DNA of 64,000 nucleotides from Calcarisporiella thermophila CBS 279.70 (lineage: Eukaryota > Fungi > Calcarisporiellomycota), in the NCBI RefSeq assembly GCF_041956535.1, contig NW_027192206.1:551504-615503 (forward strand). Direction: 5' to 3'. The translations under genes and the position numbers were made by a program. Positions 1 through 12,390 of the stretch are shown here, one piece after another. How positions within the stretch are numbered: the stretch's first letter is position 1; each line of letters opens with the position of its first letter. A model generated the notes under the pieces. That model was not told the origin of the DNA. It was given only the letters and a program-made list of their open reading frames with translations, and did no database searches.

Positions 1-387
1 TGTAAGCCTATCCGTTTTATACTATTTCTATTATTTCCTTTTTTTTTTCTTTACCTCCTAATACCCTCTTGCTATCTCAGCTTGTTTCGCCGCCCCTTTC
101 CTCACCCCGCCCGCCCGCTTATTTATTTATTCTTTTGCTTGCTCTTCTTCATTTCTCTCGTAGTTTATAAGATAGAATACATATTTTGTATCCTATAGTC
201 TCAAGGTGACAAAGATGGAAACGGTGAAAACCAAGTTGGTCTAAATTAAACCTTCAAACGGGTGTCTCCTAAAGGAACTCTTGGCTTATGTTTCCGAGAA
301 TAAGTTTGTGTTCATAGTGGACACGGATGCATTCTCTTCACTTTCTCTCTTCTTTCTCTTTTTAAAGGATGAATTCCCCCGGAGGAG

Positions 388-578
388 AAGTCGGCATCAC
401 CCAGAGGTAGTGCGATACTGGGGACACCGGTGGGGGTGAGGATGGCAAGCCAGAGCCTCGCCGCCCGCTGACCAAAAATCAGTTTGATATCAAGAACTGG
501 GACGTGCCCAGTGGAACAGATATCAAGCTGTTCAGAACAGATACTACACTTGATCTTAGCCAATAGGCCTGAGAGGAT
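388..578 (-). ncRNA. U2: U2 spliceosomal snRNA
   Basis: Minus strand reads ATCCTCTCAGGCCTATTGGCTAAGATCAAGTGTAGTATCTGTTCT (U2 5' stem I and branch-site recognition GTAGTA). It continues with stem IIa GAACAG/CTGTTC, Sm site GATTTTTGG and a terminal stem-loop with loop ATCGCACTAC. Length about 190 nt; TATA-like CTATAAAG about 35 bp upstream. 3' end approximate. Confidence 0.95.
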
Positions 579-913
579 AGGGAAACCAGGCTTGCCTACT
601 TGGATAGAGCCTTTATAGGACGTGAAAGAGAATAGGTTAGGTTAGAGATGTGGTAAATCCAACGGGGAGTAAACAAGTAGGGGCTGGGCCATTTGGCGCC
701 AGATGGGAGGGAATGTCTATAGATCGATTTCTCGTGCCGAGCGTTTCTGGTGAAAGAGAAAAAATCATGATCATCGCCGGTAAAACAGCGCCCAGTCCAG
801 ATACTTTCAATTCAAGAACGCTTTATTGAACATACCCATCCTCCACCAAGCTCTATCACAAAGAAACCCAATGTATATATATAAATATATATAACTATAT
901 ACGATCAACGTAT

Positions 914-1545
914 TTATTTCTTCCCAAAGATGTTCTTCATTTTGCTCATTAGGCCGGGCTGATCCTGCGACGCGGTGGAGGATCTATCTTCGAGAACATT
1001 GGTGTCATATTGCGTGGCCTGTTCGCCCTGCGCAGCTTCTCCTTGCATCGCTTTGGAAAGCTCCATGATGGTGCTCATATCGAGTTGAATGCCGGCGGCC
1101 TGGAATTGCTGTGAAATTTCGCCCACCTTCTCCTTGATCTAGGCCGCGGAAACAAGTTTCAGTTAGTAAGGGTACACCTGAATCCCATGCCCATGAAAAG
1201 GGGCCCTATTTCTACCTGCGAATCCGTCATAAGCTTCATCATTTGCATGAAGCTTGGCGGCTTGGCTCCCGTGACATCGAGACCTTTCTCCTGCAGCAGC
1301 TGCGTGAACTCGGTGAGCGAGTGCAAGATATGCGGGTTGCTGGCCAGCTGCTGAATGAGAGGGTGATTGGGATCGACGCCTCGGTGCCCGCTCTCATTCT
1401 GATCGCGATGGAACGGGGACGAGTGGAAGGATCGATTTAGCGCAGGAGAGACGACTCTGGTCGGGCACACGGGACGAGAAATCCGCGGGGAGAAGGCAGC
1501 ATAAGGGCGAAAGAGAACGTGAAGACGAGAGGGAAGACGCGACAT
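914..1545 (-). CDS. Uncharacterised protein with a probable mitochondrial targeting peptide (2 exons)
   Basis: ATG at 1545 gives MSRLPSRLHVLFRP..., an R/S-rich, acid-free N-terminus. GT-AG intron 1215-1139 joins in frame to IKEKVGEISQQF...KNIFGKK*. Confidence 0.7.
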
Positions 1546-1920
1546 GGAGCTTTTCGATCTGAAATGGAATGTTTCCTTCTTTTTTCGGCTCTTGACAAAA
1601 ACGTCAACCTGTATCCGAAGGGGGGGATCGGGCTCGAATCTCGAACAGAGAAATTGCGGCGCAGCATTTTTTTCCCACTTGACTCTTTGGTGGCCACCTC
1701 CGCTTTTTCCTGACAAGGTGAAAAGAGATACTGAACTTGAAATTGTAATATTGTCGCTCTGACTTTGGTCAGGATGCCGGTCAATTCGGATTCTATATGG
1801 CATCGAACTTACGCGCGCACCTCACCGCACAGGCCAGTGACCCTCTATCGCCCGCCGCTGCCCCTACTTTCGCCCCCCAACCATTCGGACATCTACGGCA
1901 AAAACAAATCGCCCTCCTCC

Positions 1921-2615
1921 ATGCCATTCACTAGCATCGACGACGAAGAATATCTGCGGTTTGAAATTGTAACCCATGACGGCGGCGTATTTAGCCACGC
2001 GTACTCGATCGAGAATATTTTGCACGATGATGCAACGGTGTATTGGTATGGTAGTCAAGAACTTCCATTGGGGGCCATGATTTGGCTGATCCCTTTTGCG
2101 TCTACTCTACAGCTCTTCCAAGGCCGGCAACGTCAACATTCTACTCCGCTTCAACGATCCCCACCACACAGACACCACGTGTGTTCTCACGTCTTTCATA
2201 ATCAAGGCCCCGGCCTACGGATTCACCGCGCCCTGCACCGAAGGCCTTCTCTTCATTTCCCACGAGCCCATCTCCGAACAGGATACCGCGCAGTACGACG
2301 ACTATACTATCGAGGATTACGATGAGTTACAGGACACGGTGGAGGATCAGGAAAGCATGCTCCGCCCCGCCGCCTATTTCTCGCTGGAGGCTCCAAATGG
2401 GTATTTTTCGCGCACGCAGTTGAACCATCGCTCTGCACGCTATGTCCTGGTGAAGCTGCTGCGGTCGGATGGGAATTCAAACAATATAGACGTCCAATAT
2501 ATCGGGTTCATGGGTAAGTCCGAGCTGCGTTTTGAACCTCCTGGTGTGGCCCTGCTAACCGCGCTTCCTAGGTTATACTGGCGCGAGAAGCTTTCCCAAT
2601 GGACCTTTTCGCTAG
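1921..2615 (+). CDS. Conserved fungal protein with a galactose-binding-like / muskelin-N-like beta-sandwich domain (3 exons)
   Basis: MPFTSIDDEEYLRFEIVTHDGG..YSIENIL.DDATVY|CSSK..NVNILL..IKAP..GFTAP..EGLLF..RYVLVKLL..NIDVQYIGFMG|YTGARSFP. GT-AG introns at about 2046-2112 and 2513-2572. Confidence 0.7.
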
Positions 2616-3915
2616 CTCTCCCCTTCTCCCCCCCCCCCCCCTTCGCCTTCTTAGCTAATTTGAATATGCTGTATAATATTTTCTTGAACATCATTTCAAT
2701 GGATATGCTGTCAGTTTCTGTATAACTATTTTTCTTTTTTTTATTAACAACTTTTTTTTCTTTCCCGCTCGCATTGGATTCACGAACACCATTGCCATCA
2801 TCTCTGGCCAGTAATATGACAATTACAGAGTGGAAAGTAGGAGGAAAAAAATAGATATACTGTTTTGATGCAATAAAACAAGGTTATATCGGAACCATAT
2901 CCCTGCTCAGCGAGGCTGCTGTGCACTTCAGAGGGCTGGCTCGGGAATGAGTCCTTCCCCTCCGGTGTTTCTGGGTGATTCGCCTTGGAACTTGAGCCGC
3001 TAGATGCGCAATAGTTCTGTACGAAATTCGATTTGTGCCACCATTGCTGGTAGAATAGGCAACTTAATCGCCTCGCTGAAAAGCGACCGGCTTGGCATAC
3101 GGGGAGGAACCGTATGCGAACTCTCCACACCCTCAGGGGGAGATAGAGTTCTTGGCAGTGCCACCCTCATTTAAAAATAAAAACCATATTCTCCATCGCC
3201 CTGGAGGAAAATAGTTTAAACCCGGATCCAATATAGTAGGTGACACAGTTAAGGGCTCTTTATATTCGGTGGGATTTAACCTCGTTGTGAGGCCAAAGGA
3301 GAGCAACGTCATCCGCAAGGTAGTCGCTGTATTTAGGACTGATTTCAGAATTATATCCGTCACGTCTGTCGAAAAATATATCGAGGATGAATATGGCTCT
3401 CGTTTCTCACTTAGCAGGCGAATTGCTTATTATTCGATGAGCTGCAATATAATATTGCTAATCCGTATTCCAAACCCAAACCTCACTCTCAAACATTTTA
3501 ATAGCCAGATAACCGCACGTATCAGTGTTCACCCATAGTGTTTATGAGTAGTGTGTCTTATTTCTATAAAAACGACCATTTTTTCGATCAAAGAACGCAT
3601 GAAATTTCGCTGTTGAAGACGCACTATAACCAGCCTCCAGTGGCGAAAGCGGCTCTCCCGCGAGCAAAATTAACGGCCTATTAAGAGGTGGAAGTGGGGG
3701 GCAGAGAGCGCAACCCCCTAGAATTCATGTAGCAGCGAGGAATCCATGGTGCGGAAGCCAAGGTTCGATTTCTCTCTCCCTGGATTCCCCATGGAGCCTT
3801 AGGATGAATAAAGAAAATTCTCCTTCTTTATTACACGAGTAAAAAAGAAAGAAAAAAGACAGAGTAAACGAGGGCGCATATAGAAAATAAACTTGTTTTA
3901 TTAAGAGCCTTCCAC

Positions 3916-4882
3916 CTAATAGAAAGTCGTGGGCCGCTTGGCAACGAACACAGAGCTCTTGGCCTTGTCCCGGAGCTGGACGCGGTGCGGCAGCGGGAAG
4001 CGGAGCTTGGGCACCAACAGCTGCTTGATGTAGGGGCGGCGAACGTCGGCGTTCTTGACCTCAGCAACACGGATGATCTGGATGGAGCTGAAGCGGGCGC
4101 GGTGGCGGGCAGCCATGTCCTGGTAGCAGGCCTCGACGGCAGCAACGCGGGAGAGCTCGCGGAACTCCTTGTACATGTTGTGGGTACCGCTGCGGGAGTC
4201 GTAGCGGAGCCAGACACCGAAGTTCTTGACGGTGTCAGGGCGCTTCTCGAAGATCTGTTCACCCAGGGGGACTGAGTTAATTCCCGGCTCTCTACCCCCT
4301 CTCCTCGGAGACGATCCGATTCAAGGGGCAAATCAAAATCCTCAGAGCTTACCTCGTTCACTGAGACGATCTCGCCCGCAGCTTTCTTGACCTTGCGGAG
4401 CTTCCTCAGGAAGTACCAGAAACGGCTCTTGGCCACAACCTCATTAGGAGCAAACAAGCGCATGCGGTAGAGCTTGGGCACGGGCTCCGACTTGGAGGGG
4501 AGCTTACGGCCAACCACTTGATATTCGTGCAGCTACATGGGAAGAAAAAAAAAGAAGAATGGCGATTAATTAGGATAGATCGATCAACATCATGCTTCAT
4601 CCAGCCATCGCCCATGTTCCATCCATTTTGCCCATCCTACACCCCCCATCCCCGTCCATCCATTCCGTTGGATCAAAGGAGCAAAGGTCTGCACCTCGTG
4701 CCCTCCTTTGCCCGCATCCTACTGCCGCCCCCTCTTCCTCCATCCATCCATCCCCTCATCCAACCGAATACCCATCCATCACCCCACCCTCTTTGGCTCT
4801 CTAGCGGCTACTCCTCCCCACACTAGCCTCCCTCCCATCCCATTTCTATATCCTATCTCAGGTATATACTCACCCTGGCCAT
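3916..4882 (-). CDS. RPL20: 60S ribosomal protein eL20 (L20/L18a), 3 exons
   Basis: MAR|[37 protein letters not shown]..|[43 protein letters not shown]. Exons 4882-4874, 4532-4353, 4254-3916. Confidence 0.97.
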
Positions 4883-5326
4883 TTTCCTAATATCGATTTT
4901 CCAAAGGAATAAAAAAAAGAAGGACCGAACAAGATGATGAAGTGGAGATCTTTGAATGGGATCGAGAAACCTGCCCTCGACTTAATTTTTCCAAAATTCT
5001 TGCCCGACTATGATGATGAGGGGGGCCACCAATGAAAAAGGAATGATTTCAGAGACTTCCAATACAGCTCTCCAAATTTATTAGTCTTCTCTTCGCGAGA
5101 TATATTAATAGGGGTAAAATAGGGTGGAATAGGCTAGAATAGAGTTAAAAAAAAAAAGAGAGAGAGAAATGGAAAGAATATAGAATAGAGAAGCAAATGC
5201 AAGAAAAAACAATTATATCAGAATTAACAGAGAGAGAAAAAAAATAGGTATTGAACGCTTTGGATCGTCCCCCCAAAATAATATATTAACTTGTATGTAT
5301 ATGGGGAGAGAACTCAGTGCATATAT

Positions 5327-6406
<1,080 letters not shown>

Positions 6407-6718
6407 TAAGAGATAGCAATTGGAGGAGCAACCGCGGCGAAATGAAGTAGTTTGCTTAAATAAGAAGATAAATAGCGTCGAGACTGATTTCCTCCAGTAT
6501 TTACAACGTTTCACTTCGCTTTTCGAGTCAGGGGAAGAGAGATAACGCAATGGTCTCGAATACAAGATGACACTCGAGACGTTTTATCGAGACGAGCCGA
6601 AAAAAAAAGTGTGACGTTGAATTGTTACGTAACGGTTTTTTCTTTGAAAATCCTTTGCTCGAACTTTTGCATTGATCTTGGTATCCATATCAATCGAAGC
6701 CATAGATCATTCATAAAG

Positions 6719-8237
6719 ATGGGAAAGGATGGAGGATTTCTCACGCCCAAGGCTATTGCCAATCGCATGAAGGTGAGTTGTTTAGGCTGTTTGTCCATCA
6801 GGCTGAGATGTAGATAAAAGGGTCCTGATTTTCGATAATAACTAATCGCTTTTTCATTTTCCACCCCTCCTTTAAAAGGCCAAGGGTCTTCAAAAGTTAA
6901 GGTGGTATTGCCAAGTATGTGAAAAGCAGTGCCGAGATGAGAACGGCTTCAAGGTAGGTGGATCGACTATTATTTATGTTTAAGCACATTGGATGTATTT
7001 ATATGCCCTTGTTCCCATGTATAGTGCCACTGTGCATCAGAATCCCATCAGCGGCAACTTCTCCTTGTCGCCGAGAATCCCTACAAACACATTGAGAATT
7101 ATTCACGCGAATTTTTGACCGGCTTTGTTGATTTGCTTTCGAGGCGGTACAACACAAAGCGAGTGCATGCAAATCAAGTATACCAAGAGTACATCTCTGA
7201 CCGGAACCATTTGCACATGAATGCCACCAAATGGGATACGCTGACGGGATTTGTGAAATACCTGGGAAGACAGGGCATCTGCCACGTGGATGAAACACCC
7301 AAAGGCTGGTTCATTCAATGGATAGATAACAGCCCCGAAGCTCTGAAAAGACAGGTAAGCATTGACCACTCATGGCCTCTGGGCCTTTCTGGGTATGGGT
7401 GATTCATTAGGTTTGCTTTTTCTTTTTTTTTTGCTTGGCATTTATTAGGCTGCTATTCAAAAGAAAGAACGCCAAGATGTAGATGATGAGCAGCGAGAGC
7501 AGCGGATGATACAAGAGCAAATTGAGCGGGCAAGACGAGAAGCAGAAGAGAAAAACCGGCTTGACGAGGCGGAATACACCGAGCTTCAACGTTCCAAAGA
7601 GGATGAAAAAATCAAGCTCGCCATCTCGCTTAAACCCCCCACCACTACCACCGCCACCACCGCTACCACCACCCCTAATACTACCTCCAATACCATTACC
7701 AATGGCAAACCAAAGCCACTGAGTGCCCTGATTTCTGCTTCAGCACCTCCGAAAAAACCCACCTCGCTAGCTGCATTGGCTGCGAAAAATAGTTCGAAAG
7801 CCCCGGCCAATGGCAATGAGGGTGGGGAAAAGCGTAAACTAACAGCCATGGAGGAAATCATCCTGGCTGAGCAGGAGCGCAAAAAACGACGTGAGCAGTC
7901 GAGCCATCGAGACAGGGGATCGGAGCGAGACAGAAGTGATAGATTGAGCGAACGTGGCTCTGAGAGGGATGGTGACCGTTATGAAAGAGAGACGCGATAC
8001 AGCGAGCGAGAGAGAGAAAGGGAGAAGGATCGGGAAAGAGATAGAGATAGAGACAGAGAAAGGGATAGATATAAGGAGAGGGATAGAGATCGGGAACGAT
8101 ATAGAGAGAGAAGCCGAGAGAGAGAGAAGGATAGGGAGAGGGATAGAGAGAGGGATAGGGACCGAGACAGAGAGAGAGGTAGAGAACGTGAAAGATATGG
8201 AGATCGGGATCGGGAAAAGGATCGGGAGAGGAGCTGA
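6719..8237 (+). CDS. KIN17: KIN17/Rts2 zinc-finger protein with an RD/RE mixed-charge tail
   Basis: MGKDGGFLTPKAIANRMK|AKGLQKLRWYCQVCEKQCRDENGFK|CHCASESHQRQL..HANQVYQEYISDRNHLHMNATKW..DETPKGWFIQWID. Three GT-AG introns. Confidence 0.93.
7900..8235 (+). repeat. Purine-rich low-complexity repeat encoding (RD/RE)n
   Basis: Imperfect GATAGA/GAGAGG/GATCGG hexamer repeats translating to RERDRDRDRE... Confidence 0.85.
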
Positions 8238-9796
8238 GGTAGGAGATTGGCTGAGGGTTTACTTTAAAAAGGCATTCCATCTTGCCTTATACGTAGCTTT
8301 AGCTCTTGAAGATCGAGAGCAAATTCTGTTTCGGATATCAAGCTCCAGGTATCTAGCCCGCATTCTTTGCCGCACGCTCATTCGACCGATTCCTCCCCTC
8401 TATTTTCACTCGAGCCTTATCCCGTTTTTTATTTACTGTTTTTAATTTGTGTAATAGAATCAATAAATCAGCGCAATCTCTGATTCTTGTCGGTTATTTA
8501 TCGAGTGGCCAGCTCCACGCTGATCAAAATATTTGCAAGCTTTGTACTCGGTGAGCCATTACAATACGTAATTACCTGGGCCGCACCGGCTCGACACTCG
8601 CTAAGCTTGCACCTCACGGCAATAATTGGAAATAAAAGCCTAATTAGCAGCAAATTTACTGCTTGTGGCCTAGGGCGATAAAACCTGGTGTAATGGGGGG
8701 GGGGTGTGGGAAGGCCTGCGCGAGGACGTTAGCCAAAAACCTCCCGCCCGCATTCATTAGGGAAAATGTCACAAAGCATGTTTGTTTTTGTTTGGCTGGG
8801 GGGGGGGGGGAGGGAGGGAGGGCGACAGGATTGGCTTGTGTTGTTCAAGACAGGAGGATCGGATGGGATGGTTGGCCTCGGAAGTCTCTTAGAGGGTCCT
8901 TCCCTTTTTGCTCAACGATCACTCTAAGCCCAAACCCACATGAAAAATTGGCAGCACGAGCTCCCATTTGCCCCCCGCCCTCCCCCAGCGAAATCGATAC
9001 GCCATGCCTTTCACTAATGAGGGAGGTTCCGATATCGGGCGACGAGACAGGTGTTACCAGGACCAAGAGAGAAAAATGTCTAAGTAGTGAATCCGAGACA
9101 TGGCCACTGTAACGTTTGACTTGGAACTCTGGATCAAGCGTAACACCTGTCTATTCCTCCTTCTGGGCCTTGGATTTTCAAGCTCTGGGATTTGCACTGT
9201 GATTCCGCGGATTTTAACCAGGGTTTGGAGGGGGGAGGGGGCGAGGGGGGGAGGGGGAGTGATGGGAGTGCTGATGAAAAACCGTGGGCAATTCGAGTGG
9301 GAAAAGGCAAGGCCTTCTTAGGGGAGGAATTGAGACATTTTCACTTGTCATGCTTACCTTATTGTTTTCTTTGGAATTGCTTTCTCATTTCTAATGAGAC
9401 CGTGCTAACCAGGCTGGATCCAACAATATACACGCGAGGCAGGACTGGATCCCCCTCGAAAAAGGTACAGCGTTCAATGCCAGGATCATTTATTATATTA
9501 TATAAATAAAACCGACCGCTGTGTTGCCAGGTTTCACTCTTGTTACGGGCTGAGCTTTTCACAGGCGGCCCGCCAAATATATATACCTAGAAGGCCGCTT
9601 TTTTTTGGCTTTCCATCCCGTTTGGCTTTCAAGGACGAAAAAACGATAGGGCTACTTTGTCGCTAGTGTGCTTTCCCTCCTCTTTCCCCCCCGGCTGGTC
9701 TGTCTTTCCAATCCACTCGCCCTACTCTTTGCCACCCCCACCCCCACCCCTGTCGCTTGAGAACCTTGCCTTTGCGGCCGTGAGAGCAAGAAGAAC

Positions 9797-11810
9797 ATGT
9801 CAAAGCTGAACTACAACTTTGTGAAGAACTCCGAGAGCATCTGGTCCGGCGATGTGTAAGTGTGCCTGTCTGCTCTGTGATGGCCCCGCACCCTAACCTC
9901 CCTCTCGCCCGCTCTAGCTCCAATTTCTCGCTCATCTTCCGCCAGCAGCCTAAACAGGCCCGAGTGTGCAATTCCAAAGAAAGGGCGGATCGGCGTCCAA
10001 TCGACCCCCCGCCCATCGTCCAGATCAAACTCGACGACGCAGGTGCCGAGGAGTCCCAGTATGTGTTGCCGGCTGCGCTGCTCTCCAAGTGGAAGAAGAA
10101 CTCACCCTCTGCTTTCTTGTACCTAGGCGATTTCTGCAGAGCCCGAATTTTTTCATGTGCGCAGACATTGTCAGCGCAAAGGAGTACGCAAAGGACCCAG
10201 TCCTGGTGTCGCAGCGCCCGTTGGTAGGGAGCAACGTATCCTCACTGCACCGGCTGAAGGATATCGACAATACGGGTGAGTGAGCCGAAAGGGATCGCTC
10301 TGGCTAGAGCACTCTCGGTATTGACTCCTTTTTTTTTTCCCCACCTCTCTAGACGGCGGCTTCTTTGTTTTCGGTGATCTGTCGGTTAGAGTCGAAGGCA
10401 ATTTCCGTCTTAAGCTGAATCTCTATCGGATCAAAGAGTAAGTGTCGAAGATGAATGGCGCTCTGATCTTCCAATCCTCCCCACTTCATGGCCCTGTACT
10501 AATCATGGTCTTGATCAATAGTGAAGTGGCTATGCTCATCCAAACCATCTACTCCGAGCCCTTCACCGTGTACAGCGCCAAGGAATTTCCGGGCATGGCC
10601 GAATCGACATTCCTTTCGAGATCCTTCTCTGATCAGGGGGTCAAACTGCGCATCCGGAAGGAGCACCGCATTCAACTCAAGCGAGCCGCGCCTCTTCTCT
10701 CTCCTCCCAGCGGCCACGACCAAGACGCCTCTGGCAAAATGAAGGTCAAAAGGCAGCGCTCCAACGACGATGTGATGAGTGAAGATCGAGACTCTACTCC
10801 GCCTATGCCAACTCCGATTCCTACCCTGCCTCTCAACGCTGGCGAGCCCGGCCTCATTTCGCCAAGAGGTGGAATTGTGGAGGGACACACTCGGCTGGGA
10901 TATCCCTCCCCAATTTCCCCCGAATATTCGCGGCACTCTTTCTCGAGCCCCCACGGCCTCCCTACAGCAGGCCCCAGGGCAATGAGCCTCGATGCTGGCG
11001 TACGCTCCCTCCCACTTACCTCCTCCCTCTCCACCAGTGCTCCCTACCCGTCTCCTCTATGGGCCTCCGGCGCAGCGGGAGGTGCAGCGGGTAGGGATCT
11101 CTACGGCCAACCTTCGCAGCCGTCTTCTTACCCCCCCTCGTATTCCGAGCAGGGCCCGGCTCTGTCCGCGGCGGGTGCGCCCATGCGTTCTCCTCCCACC
11201 TCTGCCTTCACCCAGCTGCACTCCTACTCCCAGCACCAGCAGCAGTATAGTTACGCCGGCCAGCCCACTCACCACGAGAGGCCCAGCTCGGCCGAACCGC
11301 TCCCCAAAGCCCTGAGTCCCATCGCGTCGGATGCGTTGTATCGCTCCAGCTCCGCTGGCTCGTCCTCTCACCCCTCCACCCCCTCCCGAACAACCCCCAG
11401 CTTTCCCCTCCAACCCTCTCAGTCTCTGCCACTATCCCCCCCCCTCGACCACCAACCTTCACCATCGGGATACCCCGCCTCATCCCCGTACGCTTCCCCC
11501 GCCTTCCCTTCTGCTTCACCCAGGCTTCCAGGAACACAAGTCCTTATATCCCTCTCGCTGGGGCGATCTAGGCAAGCCCGCCGCGCCCACCTCCCCCTCT
11601 GCTGCCGCGGTGAGGCTCCCGCCTCCCAGCATGATGTTGATGCAGCAGCAGCACGAGGAAGCAAACAAGAGGGAGGGTGGAGGCATGCCCTTTCACTTGG
11701 CGTCGCCCATGATCACTTCCCCCCCCTCCACTACCCATCCAACCACCACCCAGTCCTCCTCCGCATTTCTCTCCATCTCTAATCTGCAGCATCCCATGGA
11801 CGAACACTGA
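9797..11810 (+). CDS. Velvet-domain regulator, VosA-like
   Basis: Spliced velvet domain: [44 protein letters not shown]|[53 protein letters not shown], then a P/S-rich tail. The stop is at 11782 or 11810 depending on a possible frameshift. Confidence 0.88.
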
Positions 11811-12390
11811 ACTATTTATCAGGGGAAAAAAAAATGCGTATCGCCGGACTCCCTTCCTTATATGACTTAAATATTACCTAATGGACTCCCAACGTTCTTA
11901 TATTTCTTTTTACTATTCTTTTCGGCCTCCTGCTTGGATATTCTACAGAACCCCAGTATACATTCCCCCCCCACTGATGATGTAGATAAGTTTTATATTA
12001 ATCCCTAATTTATCATTTTTTTATTCTCTTGTATATTTTTAGGTAATAGAAGATAAAATAATCTTAATAAACAAATTAATATATATATAATGAAACATGG
12101 CTTCTAACTAAGATATCAACTAGCAGATATCATGGTCACCAAATATGTATATAGAATAAAAGTAAAGGAGAGGGTAAATCCATCGGCGCTAGAGCAAGAA
12201 GACTGCATATAAAAAAAAAAGACTAGACCTAACCATGAAAGTATGTGAAATTAAAAATGATATTTACAAAGTCAAAAACATTGGGATTAAAATACAATTA
12301 GAAATTCAGCGTATGACATAGAGTACATTGGAATGAAGTGAAGCATGTGTAGGTGAGGCCCATGTTGTTCGCCCTTCTTTTTTCTTTCTT

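Noticed and set aside
312-563. 83-aa ORF on the minus strand
   Set aside because: It is a translation of the U2 snRNA gene.
3695-3725. Minus-strand GGGGTTGCGCT resembling U4atac, and a GGTTCGATT T-loop-like motif at about 3762
   Set aside because: Similarity is limited to about 11 nt; no matching snRNA body or tRNA cloverleaf.
7858-8445. Alternative-frame and antisense ORFs over the RD/RE repeat
   Set aside because: Shadows of the low-complexity KIN17 tail.
8480-9780. Short ORFs upstream of the velvet gene (similarly 26100-27100 upstream of the homeobox gene)
   Set aside because: No motifs or splice-consistent models; they look like long regulatory regions with G/C runs.
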